From NCBI RefSeq assembly GCF_902713615.1, contig NW_024055947.1, positions 62,001 through 126,000 of the forward strand: a stretch of DNA of 64,000 bases, written 5' to 3'. A program made the translations under genes and the position numbers. Numbering within the stretch: position 1 is the stretch's first letter; each line of letters starts with the position of its first letter. The notes under the pieces are model-generated. The model was not told the DNA's origin and made no database searches. It saw nothing but the letters and a program-made list of their open reading frames with translations. This DNA is from Scyliorhinus canicula (Eukaryota). Below are positions 10,880 through 23,190 of this stretch, piece after piece.

Positions 10880-11545
10880 GGATTGGATTTGTTTATTGTC
10901 ACGTGCACCGAGGTACAGTGAAAAGTATTATTCTGCGAGTCGCTCAAACAGATCATTTCCTACATGAAAAGAATAAACTAAAAAGAAAATACATAATAGG
11001 TACAACAAGGTACACAATGTAAATATATAGACAAAGGCATTGAGTGAAGCATACAGGAGCGTAGTATTAATCAGGTCAGTCCATAAGAGGGTTGTTTAGG
11101 AGTCTGGTAATAGCGGGGAAGAAGCTGTTTGCATCAGATCGTGCGTGTTCTCAGAGTAGTATCTCCTGCCTGATGGAAACAGTTGGAAGAGTGAGTAAGC
11201 TGGGTGGGAGGGGTCTTTGATTATGCTGCCCGCTTTCCCAAAGCAGCGGGAGGTGTGGATAGAGTCAATGGATGAGAGGTAGCTTTGTGTGATGGACTAG
11301 GCTGTGTTCACTACTCTCTGAAGTTTCTTGCGGTCTTGGGCTGAGCAGTTGCCATACCAGGCTGTGATGCAGCCAGATAGGATGCTTTCTGTGGTGCATC
11401 TGTAAAAGTTGGTAAGAGTCAGTGTGGACATGTCAAATTTCCTTAGTTTCCTGAAGAAATATAGGCACTGTTGTGCTTTCTAGGTGGTAGCGTCGATGTG
11501 CGTGGACCAGGACAGATTTTTGGTGATGGAAACCCTGTGGCCCAG
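10880..11545 (-). mobile_element. Rex1/Babar-type LINE 3' end (further fragments ~18640-18850, 27450-27690, 58070-58135)
   Basis: Minus translation ...KKAQQCLYF.RKLRKFDMSTLTLTNFYRCTTESILSGCITAWYGNCSAQDRKKLQRVV... is the Rex/Babar RT C-terminus pattern. Confidence 0.75.
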
Positions 11546-12084
11546 TGCAGGAGAGGCTGGTTGTTGGGCAGTGTGAGCTGAACATACATGGCTGGATAAA
11601 GACTAAGGCAGATGTCAAGACCCTTAGAGCGAAAACAGGTCTGGAGGGAGTGGGTCAGTGAACCTGGGGAGTTGCATTTTGCATGAATCGTGAGTGTGAG
11701 CCAGTCACAATTATGAACAGTAAACAAACCTATCACTGGTTTGATGAGATGATTTACCGTGTCCCAGGTGTTGTAAATACTGTACATACTGTAGATCAGC
11801 CTGCTTGCTGTCCATGTCTAAGTGATATCAGAATAATGTGCTTCTGTATTAAATAAAGTATCCAAACCTCTCATTGTGCTTCATGCCCAGCATCTTGACT
11901 AACTCTGGATCTTCTGTTTTGCTGACTGGGAAAACAAATCTTCCTGTTTACTAATTGCTCTATGGCGGCTGTGTTACCCAGAATCCCCCGCGCTGCAGGA
12001 AGTCCCAGTCAGTGAGTGTACGAGGCCAGTGCGCAGGTGCAGTGTGGGTGTGTGCTCTGAGCATGCTCAGTGTCAGTCATGGTG

Positions 12085-12340
12085 AGAGAGTGAGGAGGAG
12101 CTGGGTTGAACACAACAGTGAGCTGTACCCCTGTGAGACGGGCATCTCCCAGTCTCTGTTTGACTCTCCTGCAGATTCCTGTCATGGTTGATTTGGACAA
12201 GAAACTCTCATCATTTGAGCTGGAAAAGGCCATTGATTGCTGAGCAAGCAGAAAGGTGCCCGGCAAGGATGGAATTCCAGCTGACCTGCTCACACACAGA
12301 AAGTCCCATCGACTGTCACACCTTCCTGCCCTCCCCTTTT
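12085..12340 (+). mobile_element. RTE-clade LINE fragment
   Basis: WVEHNSELY...PVMVDLDK...ELEKAID...RKVPGKDGIPADLL resembles the RTE ORF upstream of the RT; similar to 41330-41550 (reverse). Confidence 0.7.
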
Positions 12341-13819
12341 GGGCTGTGAGACTGGTCCATGGAACATGTGTGATGCAATAAAAACAGCAGTGACAGAGGA
12401 GACAGCATCAACTACAGGGACATCTCACTCCTTAGAGTCAGGGGAAGACCTTCACTTGGGTGATATTTAAAAGATTCATCTAGTTGCAGACTGAGTTTAT
12501 CCAGAAGCACAGTGCGGTTTCTGTGCTGACAGATCTACAGTGAACATGATCTTCTCCACACACCAGCTACAAGGGAAGAGAACAATTGATATTTGATCTA
12601 AAGTGTCAGTGCTGAGAAAGTGAAATGTTCTAATTACTGAGTGAAAGTAAACCTTTCAGTGTGAATCACAATTTACTGGGACAATTGGAAAAGGCACCAA
12701 AATGTTTCAATCTCTGAAGATAAACTTCAGCCTTGCAGTTATGTTTCAGAGATCACAAGCTGTGGGAATCTTTGTGAATGTTTCCTCTTCCCTTTTGTAA
12801 ACAAGCAAAGAAATTAACCCTTTCCCCTGACAGCACGGCAATGATTTGAAATAAAGACTTTGAATTTTAAAGATTTGGCTTCATCCCATTTGTTGGGGTC
12901 ATATTTCAGACTGTGCTAATCATTGTGGGCTAAATGCAAATTTGCCAGAACATTTTTATTAATAATACTAATCTTTATTGTCACAAGTAGTCTTACATTA
13001 ACACTGCAATTAATTTACAGTGAAAAGCCCCCAGTCAGCACATCCCGGAGCCTGTTCAGGTACACAGAGGGAGAATTCAGAATTGTCATGTGAGAGTACC
13101 TTTAAGAACTGGGTGTTTATCAAATAGCTGCAGTGAAGACAGACAGCCCAGCTCCACCCACACTCTAATATCACTGCAGCTATTTGAGTTTGCACATTCT
13201 CCGCGCCTCTGTGTGAGTTCCCATCGGGTGCTCCAGTTTTCTCCCACCGTCCAGAGATATGCAAGTTAGGTGGATTGACCATGCTAAATTGGTCCTTTAT
13301 AATATAATCTTTATTGTCACAAGTCGGCTTACATGAACACTGCAATGAAGTTACTGTGAAAAGCCCCGAGTTGCCACATACCGGCACCTGTTCGGATACA
13401 CAGAGGGAGAATTCAGAATTTCCAAATTACCTAACAGCATGTCATTTGGGACTTCTGGGAGGAAACCGGAGCACCCGGCGGAAACACACGCAGACACGGA
13501 GAATGTGCAGATCCAACACAAACAATGACCCAAGCTGGGAATCGAATCTGGGACCCATGAGCTGTGAAACAATTGTGCTAACCACTGTGCTACCAAAAAT
13601 GTTTAGGTGGAGTTACTGGGTTACGGGGATAGGGTGGAGGCATGAGCCTAAGTAGGGAACTCTTTCCAACGGCCGGTGCAGGCTCGAATGCCGAATGGCC
13701 TCCGTCTGCACTGTAAATTCTATGATGCTGTAGGATTTTCTCTCTCACAGTCTCCTCCGATGGGTCTGTCTGGTGGTATTTCCCTGACATCAGCAATGTT
13801 GCTTCACTGTGCTAACCAC

Positions 13820-14380
13820 TGTTTGTCTCTTGTATTTCACAACTGTGACAGGGCAGAGACCTGATTCAAGGGATTCAAACATGGGAGTTCTGGGAAAGAT
13901 GGGTAAGGATTTGGGAGGTGACATGTTCAAATAGTTTGGAGAGGAGAGGGAGGTTGAAGATGTGGCAGTAATTTGTAAGGATGGCAGGGTCAAGGGTTTG
14001 TTTTATTGAGGAGGGGGTGATGATGGCAGATTTGAAGGACAGAGAGACAGTACCTGAAGAGAGAGAAATGTTGACAATATCCATGGACACAGCGTAGTTG
14101 GCTGATCAGTAGCTCAGCGGGAATAGGGTCGATGGAGCAGGAGCTGGGTCTCATGGACAAGATAAGCTCTGAGAGGGCATGAGGGGAGATGGAAGAGAAA
14201 CTAGAGAATGATGTGGGTTCTGGGCTCGGGCAAGGGTGAAATTTAGAGACAGTTTGGTCCGGTGGGCTCGTGGAAGGGAGGGAAGCAGCAGAGGCAGCTG
14301 ATCGGATTGACTCAATCTCATGTCACAAAGAAGCTCCACAAGCTCCTCACACTTCTTGTTGGAGGTGAGGATGGAAGAGA
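13820..14380 (-). mobile_element. L2-clade LINE RT fragment (paralog at ~24360-25460, split by the solo LTR)
   Basis: DIVNISLSSGTVSLSFKSAIITP...LDPAILTNY...NLPLLSK (ORF 13875..14090). Confidence 0.75.
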
Positions 14381-14597
14381 CAGGGGAGAGCGAGAGTACT
14401 TCAAAAGGAACAAACTTGTGTCAGAGATATTAAAAAGTTTCAGCACACTACGTGTTTAACACAAATCTAATTTATTTGACTTTTCGCCAGAATATTAGCC
14501 CCTGTAAATGGGCTGGAGTTTGTTATCAGCAGAAAGAGACCCAAATGAAGATGGTTCAGTCCTGAACGTGAAGAACAGCAAAATCCAATCACCGTAG

Positions 14598-15381
14598 TTA
14601 CTTGTGTCCTCGTTGGTGTGTCAGCAGGTGGGATGAAGTGGTGAATCCCTTCCCACAATTGGCGCAGACGAATGGTCTCTCCCCAGTGTGAACTCGCTGA
14701 TGTACAGTGAGGGCAGATGAGTGTCTGAACCCAGTCCCGCAGTGAGAGCACCTAAACGGTCTCTCGTCAATGTGAAAACGTTGATGGCACATCAGTTCCC
14801 CAGAACTTTTATAGCAATTCCCGCAGTCTGGACATTGAAATGGTCTCTCATCAGTGTGAACCCGCTGGTGCTTCTGTAAGTTGGATGACTGAGTGAATCC
14901 CTTCCCACACTTGGTGCAGGCGAATGGCCTCTCCCCAGTGTGAATTCGCTGGTGTCTCAGCAGGTGGGATGACTTAGTGAATCCCTTCCCACATTCTGAG
15001 CAGGTGAATGGTCTCTCCCCAGTGTGAACTCGCTGGTGTGCAGACAGAGCAGATGACTGCGTGAATCCCTTCCCACACTTGGAGCAGGTAAATGGTCTCT
15101 CCCCAGTGTGAACTCGCTGGTGACTCCGCAGAGCCGATAACTGAGTGAATCCCTTCCCACACTTGGAGCAGGCGAATGGTCTCCCCAGTGTGACTGCGTC
15201 GATGAGTTTCCAGCTTTGATGGGGAAGTGAATCCTTTCCCACAGTCCGCACATTTCCACGGTTTCTCCTCAGTGTGACTGCATTTGTGGCTTGTGAGGCC
15301 TGATGATTGACTGAATCCTCGTCCACACACACAACACGTGTACGGTTTCTCCCCACTGAGAACGATGCTTTTTCCTTCCAT
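14598..15381 (-). pseudogene. C2H2 ZNF gene (MEGKS subfamily), 9 fingers when repaired, with a 2-nt deletion frameshift at ~15181
   Basis: ATG at 15381, acceptor at 15491-15492. gaatggtctccccagtg vs canonical gaatggtctctccccagtg. Fingers are split between ORFs 14974..15648 and 14598..15356. Confidence 0.8.
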
Positions 15382-15789
15382 GTTCAAAATCCGCTGATAT
15401 TCAGGATATGATGAATTGAGGACTTTTGTCAGATCCTGATGTGATGTTTGGTTTGAGTTTCTGGACTTTGAAGCCTCCTCTTCGAACCCCCTGTGAAACT
15501 GATTTAAAACAGAAAATAGGGAGTGAGACAGAACCCAGAAAAACTCAAAAAGCAGGTTGTGAAATTGAGCTGAATGAATCTGGTCATTTGTGGGGTCGAC
15601 ACTGGGAAAAAGTGACCATGAAACTGCTGGATTGGCAGAAAAACCCACCTGGGCTCTTTGGGAGGAGACAGAAAGATGTGAAGAGAGATTTTGTATATCT
15701 ACGAGTCATATTAAAGAGAATAGATGGCAAAGCAAATTCGACCTTGAGCTTCATAAACAGTAATATTGATACCAAAACTATGCTTTTGG

Positions 15790-16125
15790 TGGAACGGTAG
15801 TTAGCACTGCTGCCTCACAGCGCCAGGGACTCGGGTTCAATTCCGGCCTTGGTGACTGTCTATGTGGAGTTTGCACTTTCTCCCCGTGTCTACGTGGGTT
15901 TCCACCCGGTGCTGATGTTTCCTCCCACAGTCTAAAGAAGGAAATGTTAGGTGAATTGGCCTTGATAAATTGTCCCATAGTGTCCAGGGATGTGCAGGTT
16001 AGGTGGGGTTATGGGACAGGGTAGGAGTGTGGGCTGAGCAGGGTGCCCTTTCAGAGAATCAGTACCGACTTGATGGGCCGAATGGCCTCCTTCTGAACTG
16101 TAGGAATTCTATGGTTCTAATTCTA
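15790..16125 (+). mobile_element. Long HE1-like tRNA-derived SINE with CR1-type tail. Representative copy; others at about 7962-8290(-), 23190-23520(-), 27060-27410, 28060-28380, 36925-37200(-), 44510-44790, 50280-50615(-), 56490-56835(-), 60755-61100(-), 62460-62715
   Basis: A/B-box-like head (GGTTCAATTCC), central ggattggccatgctaaattgcccc domain, tail gggccgaatggcctccttctgcactgta...ttctatg. Confidence 0.85.
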
Positions 16126-16759
16126 TTCTATGAATCTTTATAAAGCTCTGGTCACCACTCTTCAGGAAGAATGGGAAGGTTCTTGGAGAAGGTGCAGAGG
16201 AGATTTACCAGAATGGTTCCAGCAAAGGAGGTTGAGGGGAGATTTGATTCAGGGATACAAGATTATGCCAGATTTCATCTGGTGGACAAAGAAACTCTGT
16301 TTCCATTCACTGATCGTACAAGCAGTCGGGATACAGATTTTTGGGTAAGTTTTGGGTAAAACCTGGATTGAACTATATAAGATCCTGAGGGGTCTTGACA
16401 GGGTGGATGTGGAGAGGATGTTTCCTCTTGTGGGAGAATCTGGAACAAGGGGGTCACTGTTGCAAAATAAGGAGTCACCCATTTCAGATGGAGATGAAGA
16501 TATTTTTTTCTCGAGGGTTGTAAGACAGGGGGTGGCACAGTGGTTAGCACTGCTGCCTCACAGTACCAGGGACCCAGGTTCAATTCCGACCCTGAGTGAC
16601 TGTGTGCAGTTTGCAAGGTCTCCCTGTGTCTGTGTGGGTTTCCTCCGGGTGCTCCGGATTCCTCACACAGTTCAAAGATGTGCAGGTTAGGTGGATTAGC
16701 CATGCTAAATTGCCCCTTCGTCTCCAACGATGTGCCTGTTAGGTGGGGTTGTGAAAATG

Positions 16760-16935
16760 AAAATCACTTATTGTCACGAGTAGGCTTCAATGAAGTTACT
16801 GTGAAAAGCCCCTAGTCGCCACATTCCGCCGCCTGTTCGGGGAGGCTGGTACGGGAATTGAACAGTGCTGCTGGCCTGCCTTGGTCTGCTTTAAAAGCCA
16901 GCGATTTAGCCCAGTGTGCTAAACCAGCCCCAGGT
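16760..16935 (-). mobile_element. Second tRNA-derived SINE family (ggggctggtttagcaca...aagcctacttgtgacaataag). Others at about 21215-21380, 29840-30020(-), 49240-49420(-), 61905-62095
   Basis: Five near-identical copies visible in the window. Confidence 0.8.
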
Positions 16936-17209
16936 TATGAGGATGGAGTGGGTGGGATGGAGTGGGCCTGGGTGGGGTGCTCTTTCAGAGGGTTGGTGCG
17001 GACCTGATGGGCTGAATGGGCTCCTTCTGCACTGTTGGGATTCTATGACTTTGGAGCTTCTGTCCTCAAAAGGTAGTGGACGTCGAGTCCTTGAATATTT
17101 TTAAGGCAGAGTTGGATAGATTCTCGAGAAGCAAGGGGGTCAAAGGTTATCGGGTCGGCAGGAATGTGGAATTGAGGTTGAAATTTTTGAATGGGCCGAC
17201 TCCTAGTTT

Positions 17210-17900
17210 GTATGGAAGAGCAGGCTCGAGGGGCCGAATCCTAGTTTGTATGTAAGGAGCAGGTATGAGGGGCCGACTCCTAGTTTGTCTGTAAGGAGCA
17301 GGTTCGAGGGGCCGACTCCTAGTTTATGTGTCAGGAGCAGGCTCGAGGGGCCGACTCCTAGTCTGTCTGTAAGGAGCAGGTTCGAGGGGCCGACTCCTAG
17401 TTTATGTGTCAGGAGCAGGCTCGAGGGGCCGACTCCTAGTTTGTGTGCAAGGAGCAGGCTCGAGGGGCCGACTCCTAGTTTGTGTGCAAGGAGCAGGCTC
17501 GAGGGGCCGACTCCTAGTTTGTCTGTAAGGGGCAGGCTCGAGGGGCCGACCCCTAGTTTATGTGTAAGGAGGAGGCTCGAGGGGCCGAGTCCTAGTTTGT
17601 ATGTAAGGAGCAGGCTCGAGGGACCGACTCCTAGTTTGTGTGTAAGGAGCAGGTTCGAGGGGCCGACTCCTAGTTTGTGTGTAAGGAGCAGGCTCGAGGG
17701 GCCGACTCCTAGTTTGTATGTAAGGAGCAGGCTTGAGGGGCCGACTCCTAGTTTGTATGTAAGGAGCAGGCTCGAGGGTCCGACTCCTAGTTTGTATGTA
17801 AGGAGCAGGCTCGAGGGGCCGACTCCTAGTTTGTCTGTAAGGAGCAGGCTCGAGGGGCTGACTCCTAGTTTGTGTAAGGAGCAGCCTCGAGGGGGCGACT
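17210..17900 (+). repeat. 39-bp minisatellite (~17 units), gtaaggagcaggctcgaggggccgactcctagtttgtgt
   Basis: Direct tandem array; 13-aa periodicity in ORF 17246..17905; the unit resembles the CR1 3' tail it abuts. Confidence 0.95.
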
Positions 17901-18149
17901 CCTAGATATTAGATATATCTCTGCTCAATATTAATTTATTGCCCCCTTAAATGTGAGCCATATTCTGGGGAAACCAACCCTTTAGTTGTGAACATTAGGA
18001 AAGAGACCATCCTTTTAGCCAGACAAAAAATGAATGAAGCTGAGGGACACTGCAGCCTGGGTACGAATGCTGGGTCTGAATGGGTTGTTTTAGTCCCTCG
18101 GGCACGAGGACCTTGCCGAGTGAGTCTCCGAAGCCTCACCCATTACCGA

Positions 18150-18530
18150 CGTCACCGCACACGCGCATGCGCGCCGCTCCATCTGAATCAAGATGGCGGC
18201 CGTGAAACTGGGCCTGTTATCGGGAAAAAGAGCCGAATCTGCAAACGCAGGACCTGCAGGTACGTATTCCTGGTTTAAGGCCTTCACGCGGTGTTTAGAA
18301 ACTCTCTCCATCCAGAGTGGGCTCTATAACTTCCTCCGGATTTCCGCATCCTTATCCGTTTCACATGAGACAAAGAAGCGTCTCTTTCCCGGGCACCATC
18401 ACACACCGCGCAAACTCCAACAACTCCCAGGCATTGCGCCTGCGCACTGAGTCCTGCGGTGTCGATAGGGGACATTCACCACCGCCAGGAATGCCGGGTA
18501 ATGCACGCGCCATTGACCATCCCAATTAGT
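18150..18530 (-). promoter_or_regulatory. CpG-rich promoter module A, between the 14.6-kb (-) and 21.6-kb (+) ZNF genes
   Basis: CGCGCATGCGCG ~18161 and GCGCCTGCGCA ~18437 (NRF1-like); AAGATGGCGGCC ~18190 (YY1). Confidence 0.7.
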
Positions 18531-21500
18531 GAATAGTGATTTTTGTTTGCAATGATGTGAAGATTGGGCGAGTGGGATAAAAATCATACATAAATCACTA
18601 AGGCACTGAGGACCTAAGGCACAAGATGGACTGGGGTTGTGTTCATTGCTCTCTGTCGTCTCTGATGGTCTTGGGCTGAGCAGTTGCCACAGCAGGCTGT
18701 GATGCAGCCAGATAGGATGTTTTCCCATCATGTTTTCCTGCATCTGTAAAAATCGTAAGACTCAATGTGGACATGCTGGATTTCCATAGTTTCCTGAGGA
18801 AGTATATGCGCTGTTATGCTTTCTTGGTCGTAGCATCGATGTGGGAAGCCCTATCCATCTAATATTAGAAAATTGATATCTAATGAGAGGGAAATCAATT
18901 TGTGTATCCTTTTTAACGTGGCCAATCCATCAACCCGCACATCTTTGGGGCTGAGATCCACGCAGACACAGGGAGAACAATTTATGTATCCTTAATGAAC
19001 ATCGATATGCAGAGAGGAAGATAAAAATCCTTTAAACATCTCACTTGGCACAGAATTGTCTGAAACTATAAACAGGAGCTTCAGGAAATCAAAGTACTGA
19101 CAAATACCCAACTGCCCAGTTGATGGAAGACATTCTTAAAATATAAATTGTTGGACCTTGATTCGAATGTCGGCATGGGTCACTGTCTGTGCGGAGTCTG
19201 CACGCTCTCCCCATGTCTGCGTGGGTTTCCTCGGGGTGCTCCGGTTTCCTCCCACAGTCCACAGGTTAGGTGAAATGGACATTATGAATTCTCCCTCAGT
19301 GTACCCGAACAGTAACTTCATTGCAGTGTAAGCCTATTTGTGACACTAATAAAAAAAAGACATTCACTCACTTGACTGACCAACTCGGGTTCCAGCCCTC
19401 AAGTCTGGTGACAGACCTCACTGCTCCCTTGCCCTTCTGGCCTCTGGGCTCCTCTTGCTGCTGTTTCCCAGGGCAATCTGTGTCCACTCTCCTACATTAC
19501 TCTGTCTGATGGAGTTCAGAGACTCAGGAAGAAAAGACAGAGGACATGAATCTGAATTCAGAAATTCAGTTAAAGAAACATGATAAACTGAAGGATTTAA
19601 GTCACAGTATTTGATTGCAATTAATATATTAATTTTGTCTGACACGTATGCAGAATGGAAGCAAATTATGTTTGTTGTTTTATATCATTCTTCTTTTCAA
19701 TGGTTCTGACACATCATCTTTCATTTTTCTGACATTTAAATGGTGGACCATGCTACCCAGAATTCCCTGCATGGGTCAATACAGATATTTTAGTTTATGA
19801 ACAACTCCATATTACAAAAGAACACAGCTGAATACAAAACAATCAGCAATACAGTAGAAACATCCACAATACACCAAAACTGGACATTCTGAATTCTCCC
19901 TCAGTGAACATGAACAGACGCTGGAATGTGGCGACTCAGGGATTTTCACAGTAACTTCATTGCAGTTAATGTAAGCCTACTTGTGACAATAAAGATTATT
20001 GTTATGAAACAGAAACCAATGAATAATCAACAAGAAAACAAAACCACCAGATTTCACGCCAGCACACGCCCACCACCACATCAGCAGAAAGGCTCCCAAA
20101 CGAGCAGCACAGACCATTGGTAAAGGACACACTGATATGGGGCATGGCGGAAGGGAGAGAGAGAGAACACCCCTCCCAAGTGGGAGCACAGTTCAACCCA
20201 GAAACAGTTGTGTATGTGAGTGCATCCGATCTTAATCAAAAAGACTGGAATGCGCAGGTACAGAAAGTCTGGGCAGACCAATTATGAGCAGGATTCAGTT
20301 AGAATGGGTATTGGATGCAGAAGCAATTTGGGCTGGAGTGGAGATGGTGGAGATACTGCTGGGTTTAACCCATCGGACTGGGGCGAACAGGCTATTCAGC
20401 CCTCCAAGCCAGTTCCACCATTTAATAATATCAGGGTTGATCTGGTTGTGGTCTCAGTTCCCCTTGCCTGTCTGCACCACCCACCTGCACCCAGAATCCT
20501 TGACTCCCTTGTCTATCAAAAATCTGTCCAACTCTACCCCAGCCTCCACTGTTCTCTGGGTAAGTGCATTCCACAGACTAATGAACATCGGAAACAAAAA
20601 AATTATCCTCATTTAAGCCTTCACGTTCTCCCCATCTTTCATTCTTAAAGTGTGTCGCCTTGTTCTAGTCTTTCCCACAGGTCCAAAACCGTCATCATTT
20701 TTTTCCTCCTCTGAGCCTCTGAACTCCATCAGAGTAATGTAGGAGAGAGGACACTGATTGTCCTGGGAAACGTGTGTAATCGGCGGGGCTTCGTTGTCTA
20801 TTCCCGGCCTGGTCCTAGTGCCCGAAAAAGCATCGTTCTGGCAACAAGTTAACCAACTTCACCCATCCCCAGGCTGCAGTCGATAAGAGTGCATGAAGCC
20901 ATGTATATATTCAGGGTGAGAGGTTACAGCCTCTGTATAGTTTCCTGAAGGGGCTGCTCCTCAACTTTGGTTACACTTGAGCCCCAGGCTCCTAATCTTT
21001 GGCTGTCCAGTGTGGAGGAGGCTGGGTAAATCAGAAGTACTTCTCCTGGACCTGTTCTTGGATCTGGTTAACACAGAAATTTGTTGAACCTCAATGAGCA
21101 GTTTCTCTGGAGGTTGGGCGCCTGTCAGACTGCCTTACAACGTTTCATTGAAAGGGAGCAGTGGTGTCCACTGGTACGCTTGCTACCTTCCACAACTGGT
21201 GGGAAACTCGGTACAGAGCAACTCCAAAACTGGCTTTGAAAGCAGACCAAGCAGGCCAGCAGCACGGTTCGATTCCCGTAACAGCCTCCCCGAACAGGCG
21301 CCGGAACGTGGCGACTAGGGGCTTTTCACAGTAACTTCATTTGAAGCCTACTCGTGACAATAAGCGATTTTCATTTTTTCAAAACACTGGAAGCAACATT
21401 CTGGTTTAGTTAGGAAGCTTCCCTTTGATTTTGTTGCTAATTTTGTCTTCTTTCAGTTTGTTTGGACCACTTATTTGGGGTAACAAGCAATAAAAGATTA

Positions 21501-22035
21501 GTCCACAGAAACTGGAATTGTCTATTCTGAATTTCTATTGCTATACAGTGATGATGTTTGTAAACTTCTTTTACAGGGTATTAGGAGAAAGAATTTTGCA
21601 AGTGGAAACTCAAACAAAACAACGCAGAGATGTAACAGAATCATTCACTACATCAAAATCTGAATAACTTCGGAGAATGTGGAAGGAGAAATGTTTCTCT
21701 GTTCTATTGGTGGGAAAATATTTCAAACAGCAGTGTGATTGGAAAGCATTGAGATACACACACACCCAAGTGAGAGTGTTCCAGTGAACTGACTGTGGAA
21801 ACATCAGTGTGATTGGAAAAGCACCGAGACCCACACAACACACACCCGAGTGCGAGTGTTCCAGTGAACTGACTGTGGAAACATCAGTGTGACAAACATC
21901 AGTGTGACTGGAAAAGCACCGAGACCCACACAACACGCACCCGAGTGACAGTGTTCCAGTGAACAGACCGTGGAAAGTTTTACCCAGTTACACAACTGAT
22001 CACCCAACCTGGGGAGAGACAACAATTCCAGCACC

Positions 22036-22590
22036 ATGGAAAAACCGTGGAAGTGTGAGGACTGTGGGAAGGGATTCAATTATCCATCCCTGCTTGAAAA
22101 TCATCGACGCAGTCACACTGGGGAGAGGCCATTTATCTGCTCCGTATGTGGGAAGGGATTCATTCAGTCCTCCCACCTGCTGACACACCAGCGAGTTCAC
22201 ATTGACGAGAGGCTCTTTAACCCCTCAGGCTGTGATAACAACTCTAAAAGCTCCGAAAACCTGGTCACGCACCAGGTTGTTCCCACCGAGAGACAATTCA
22301 GTTGCTCTCACTGTGCGAAGCAGTTCATACGATCACAGACACTCATTGAACATGAACGTACTCACACTGGGGAGAGACCATTCACCTGCTCTGTGTGTGG
22401 GAAAGGATTCACCCGATCAGCCTACCTCACTAAACACCGACTGGTTCACACGGATAACAGACGGCAACTGTCATCTCCACATTTCCACTTTGAACTGGTA
22501 TCATTAAGTTTCTATCATTCACAAATAAACATTATTTCAAGTAATTCAAACTTCATTCTGGCAACTCCAATCAATTGCTGGCTAAAATAA
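22036..22590 (+). CDS. C2H2 zinc-finger ORF, 4 intact plus 1 degenerate finger; terminal exon from acceptor at 21577
   Basis: [33 protein letters not shown]...; the open C-terminal tail is non-ZNF and suggests 3' truncation. Confidence 0.65.
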   Translation: MEKPWKCEDCGKGFNYPSLLENHRRSHTGERPFICSVCGKGFIQSSHLLTHQRVHIDERLFNPSGCDNNSKSSENLVTHQVVPTERQFSCSHCAKQFIRSQTLIEHERTHTGERPFTCSVCGKGFTRSAYLTKHRLVHTDNRRQLSSPHFHFELVSLSFYHSQINIISSNSNFILATPINCWLK

Positions 22591-22864
22591 TTACCTTCTA
22601 TCAAAGGATGGAGAACTTGTTCCCTTTATGTAACTTAAAACTTAACTTTGCTAGAATTTCTCTAACTTGAAAGGTATTGGGTTACAGCAGCTGTTATCTC
22701 AAAGCCTGTGTGATAATAACTGTCTGCAGTCTGCTGTTAACCCTTTGAGAGACTTCTGCTTTAACTTCCCTGTATCATTTTAAGCATTGCATTTTCTCAT
22801 ATTCCTTTCGGTTGATCATCAGACCTTCATGTTTCAAATGACATTCTTCCCATTTTATTTTACA

Positions 22865-23190
22865 GGTGTTAGTTGTGGCTCAGTGATTACATTCTTATCT
22901 CTGAGTCAGGAGGTTGTGGGTTCAAAACCACCTCCAGAAACATGAACATCAAATCCAAGTTGATATTCTGATGCAGTCCTGAGGAAACACTGCACTGTCA
23001 GAGGTCCCGTCTTCCAGATCTGACCTTTAACTCTGGCCCCATCTGCCCTCAGTTGGGTGTAAACGTTCCCATGATGTTATTCCAAAGAGCAGGGGAGTTC
23101 TCCCTGGTTTACTGCTTAATATTCATCCCTCAACAAACATCACTGAACAGATTCTCTGGTCACAGTCACATTTCTGTATGTGGGACCTTA
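22865..23190 (+). mobile_element. SacSINE1-like DeuSINE, 3' part interrupted by an HE1-like SINE
   Basis: tRNA-like head followed by ...actgcactgtcagaggtcccgtcttccagat...gagcaggggagttctccctgg...atccctcaacaaacatcact..., resembling the Deu domain as I recall it. Confidence 0.65.

Noticed and set aside
12110-12330. Inverted similarity to 41330-41550 as a special long-range inverted repeat
   Set aside because: Both are RTE LINE fragments; ordinary interspersed-repeat or old duplication similarity explains it.
17246-17905. 13-aa repeat protein or CRISPR-like array (also 28716..29279)
   Set aside because: Units are directly adjacent with no unique spacers, there are no cas genes and the context is vertebrate; the ORF follows from a 39-bp unit.
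18545-18612. Possible C/D snoRNA (ATGATG...CTGA)
   Set aside because: The C box is imperfect, there is no terminal stem and no recognisable rRNA-antisense element.
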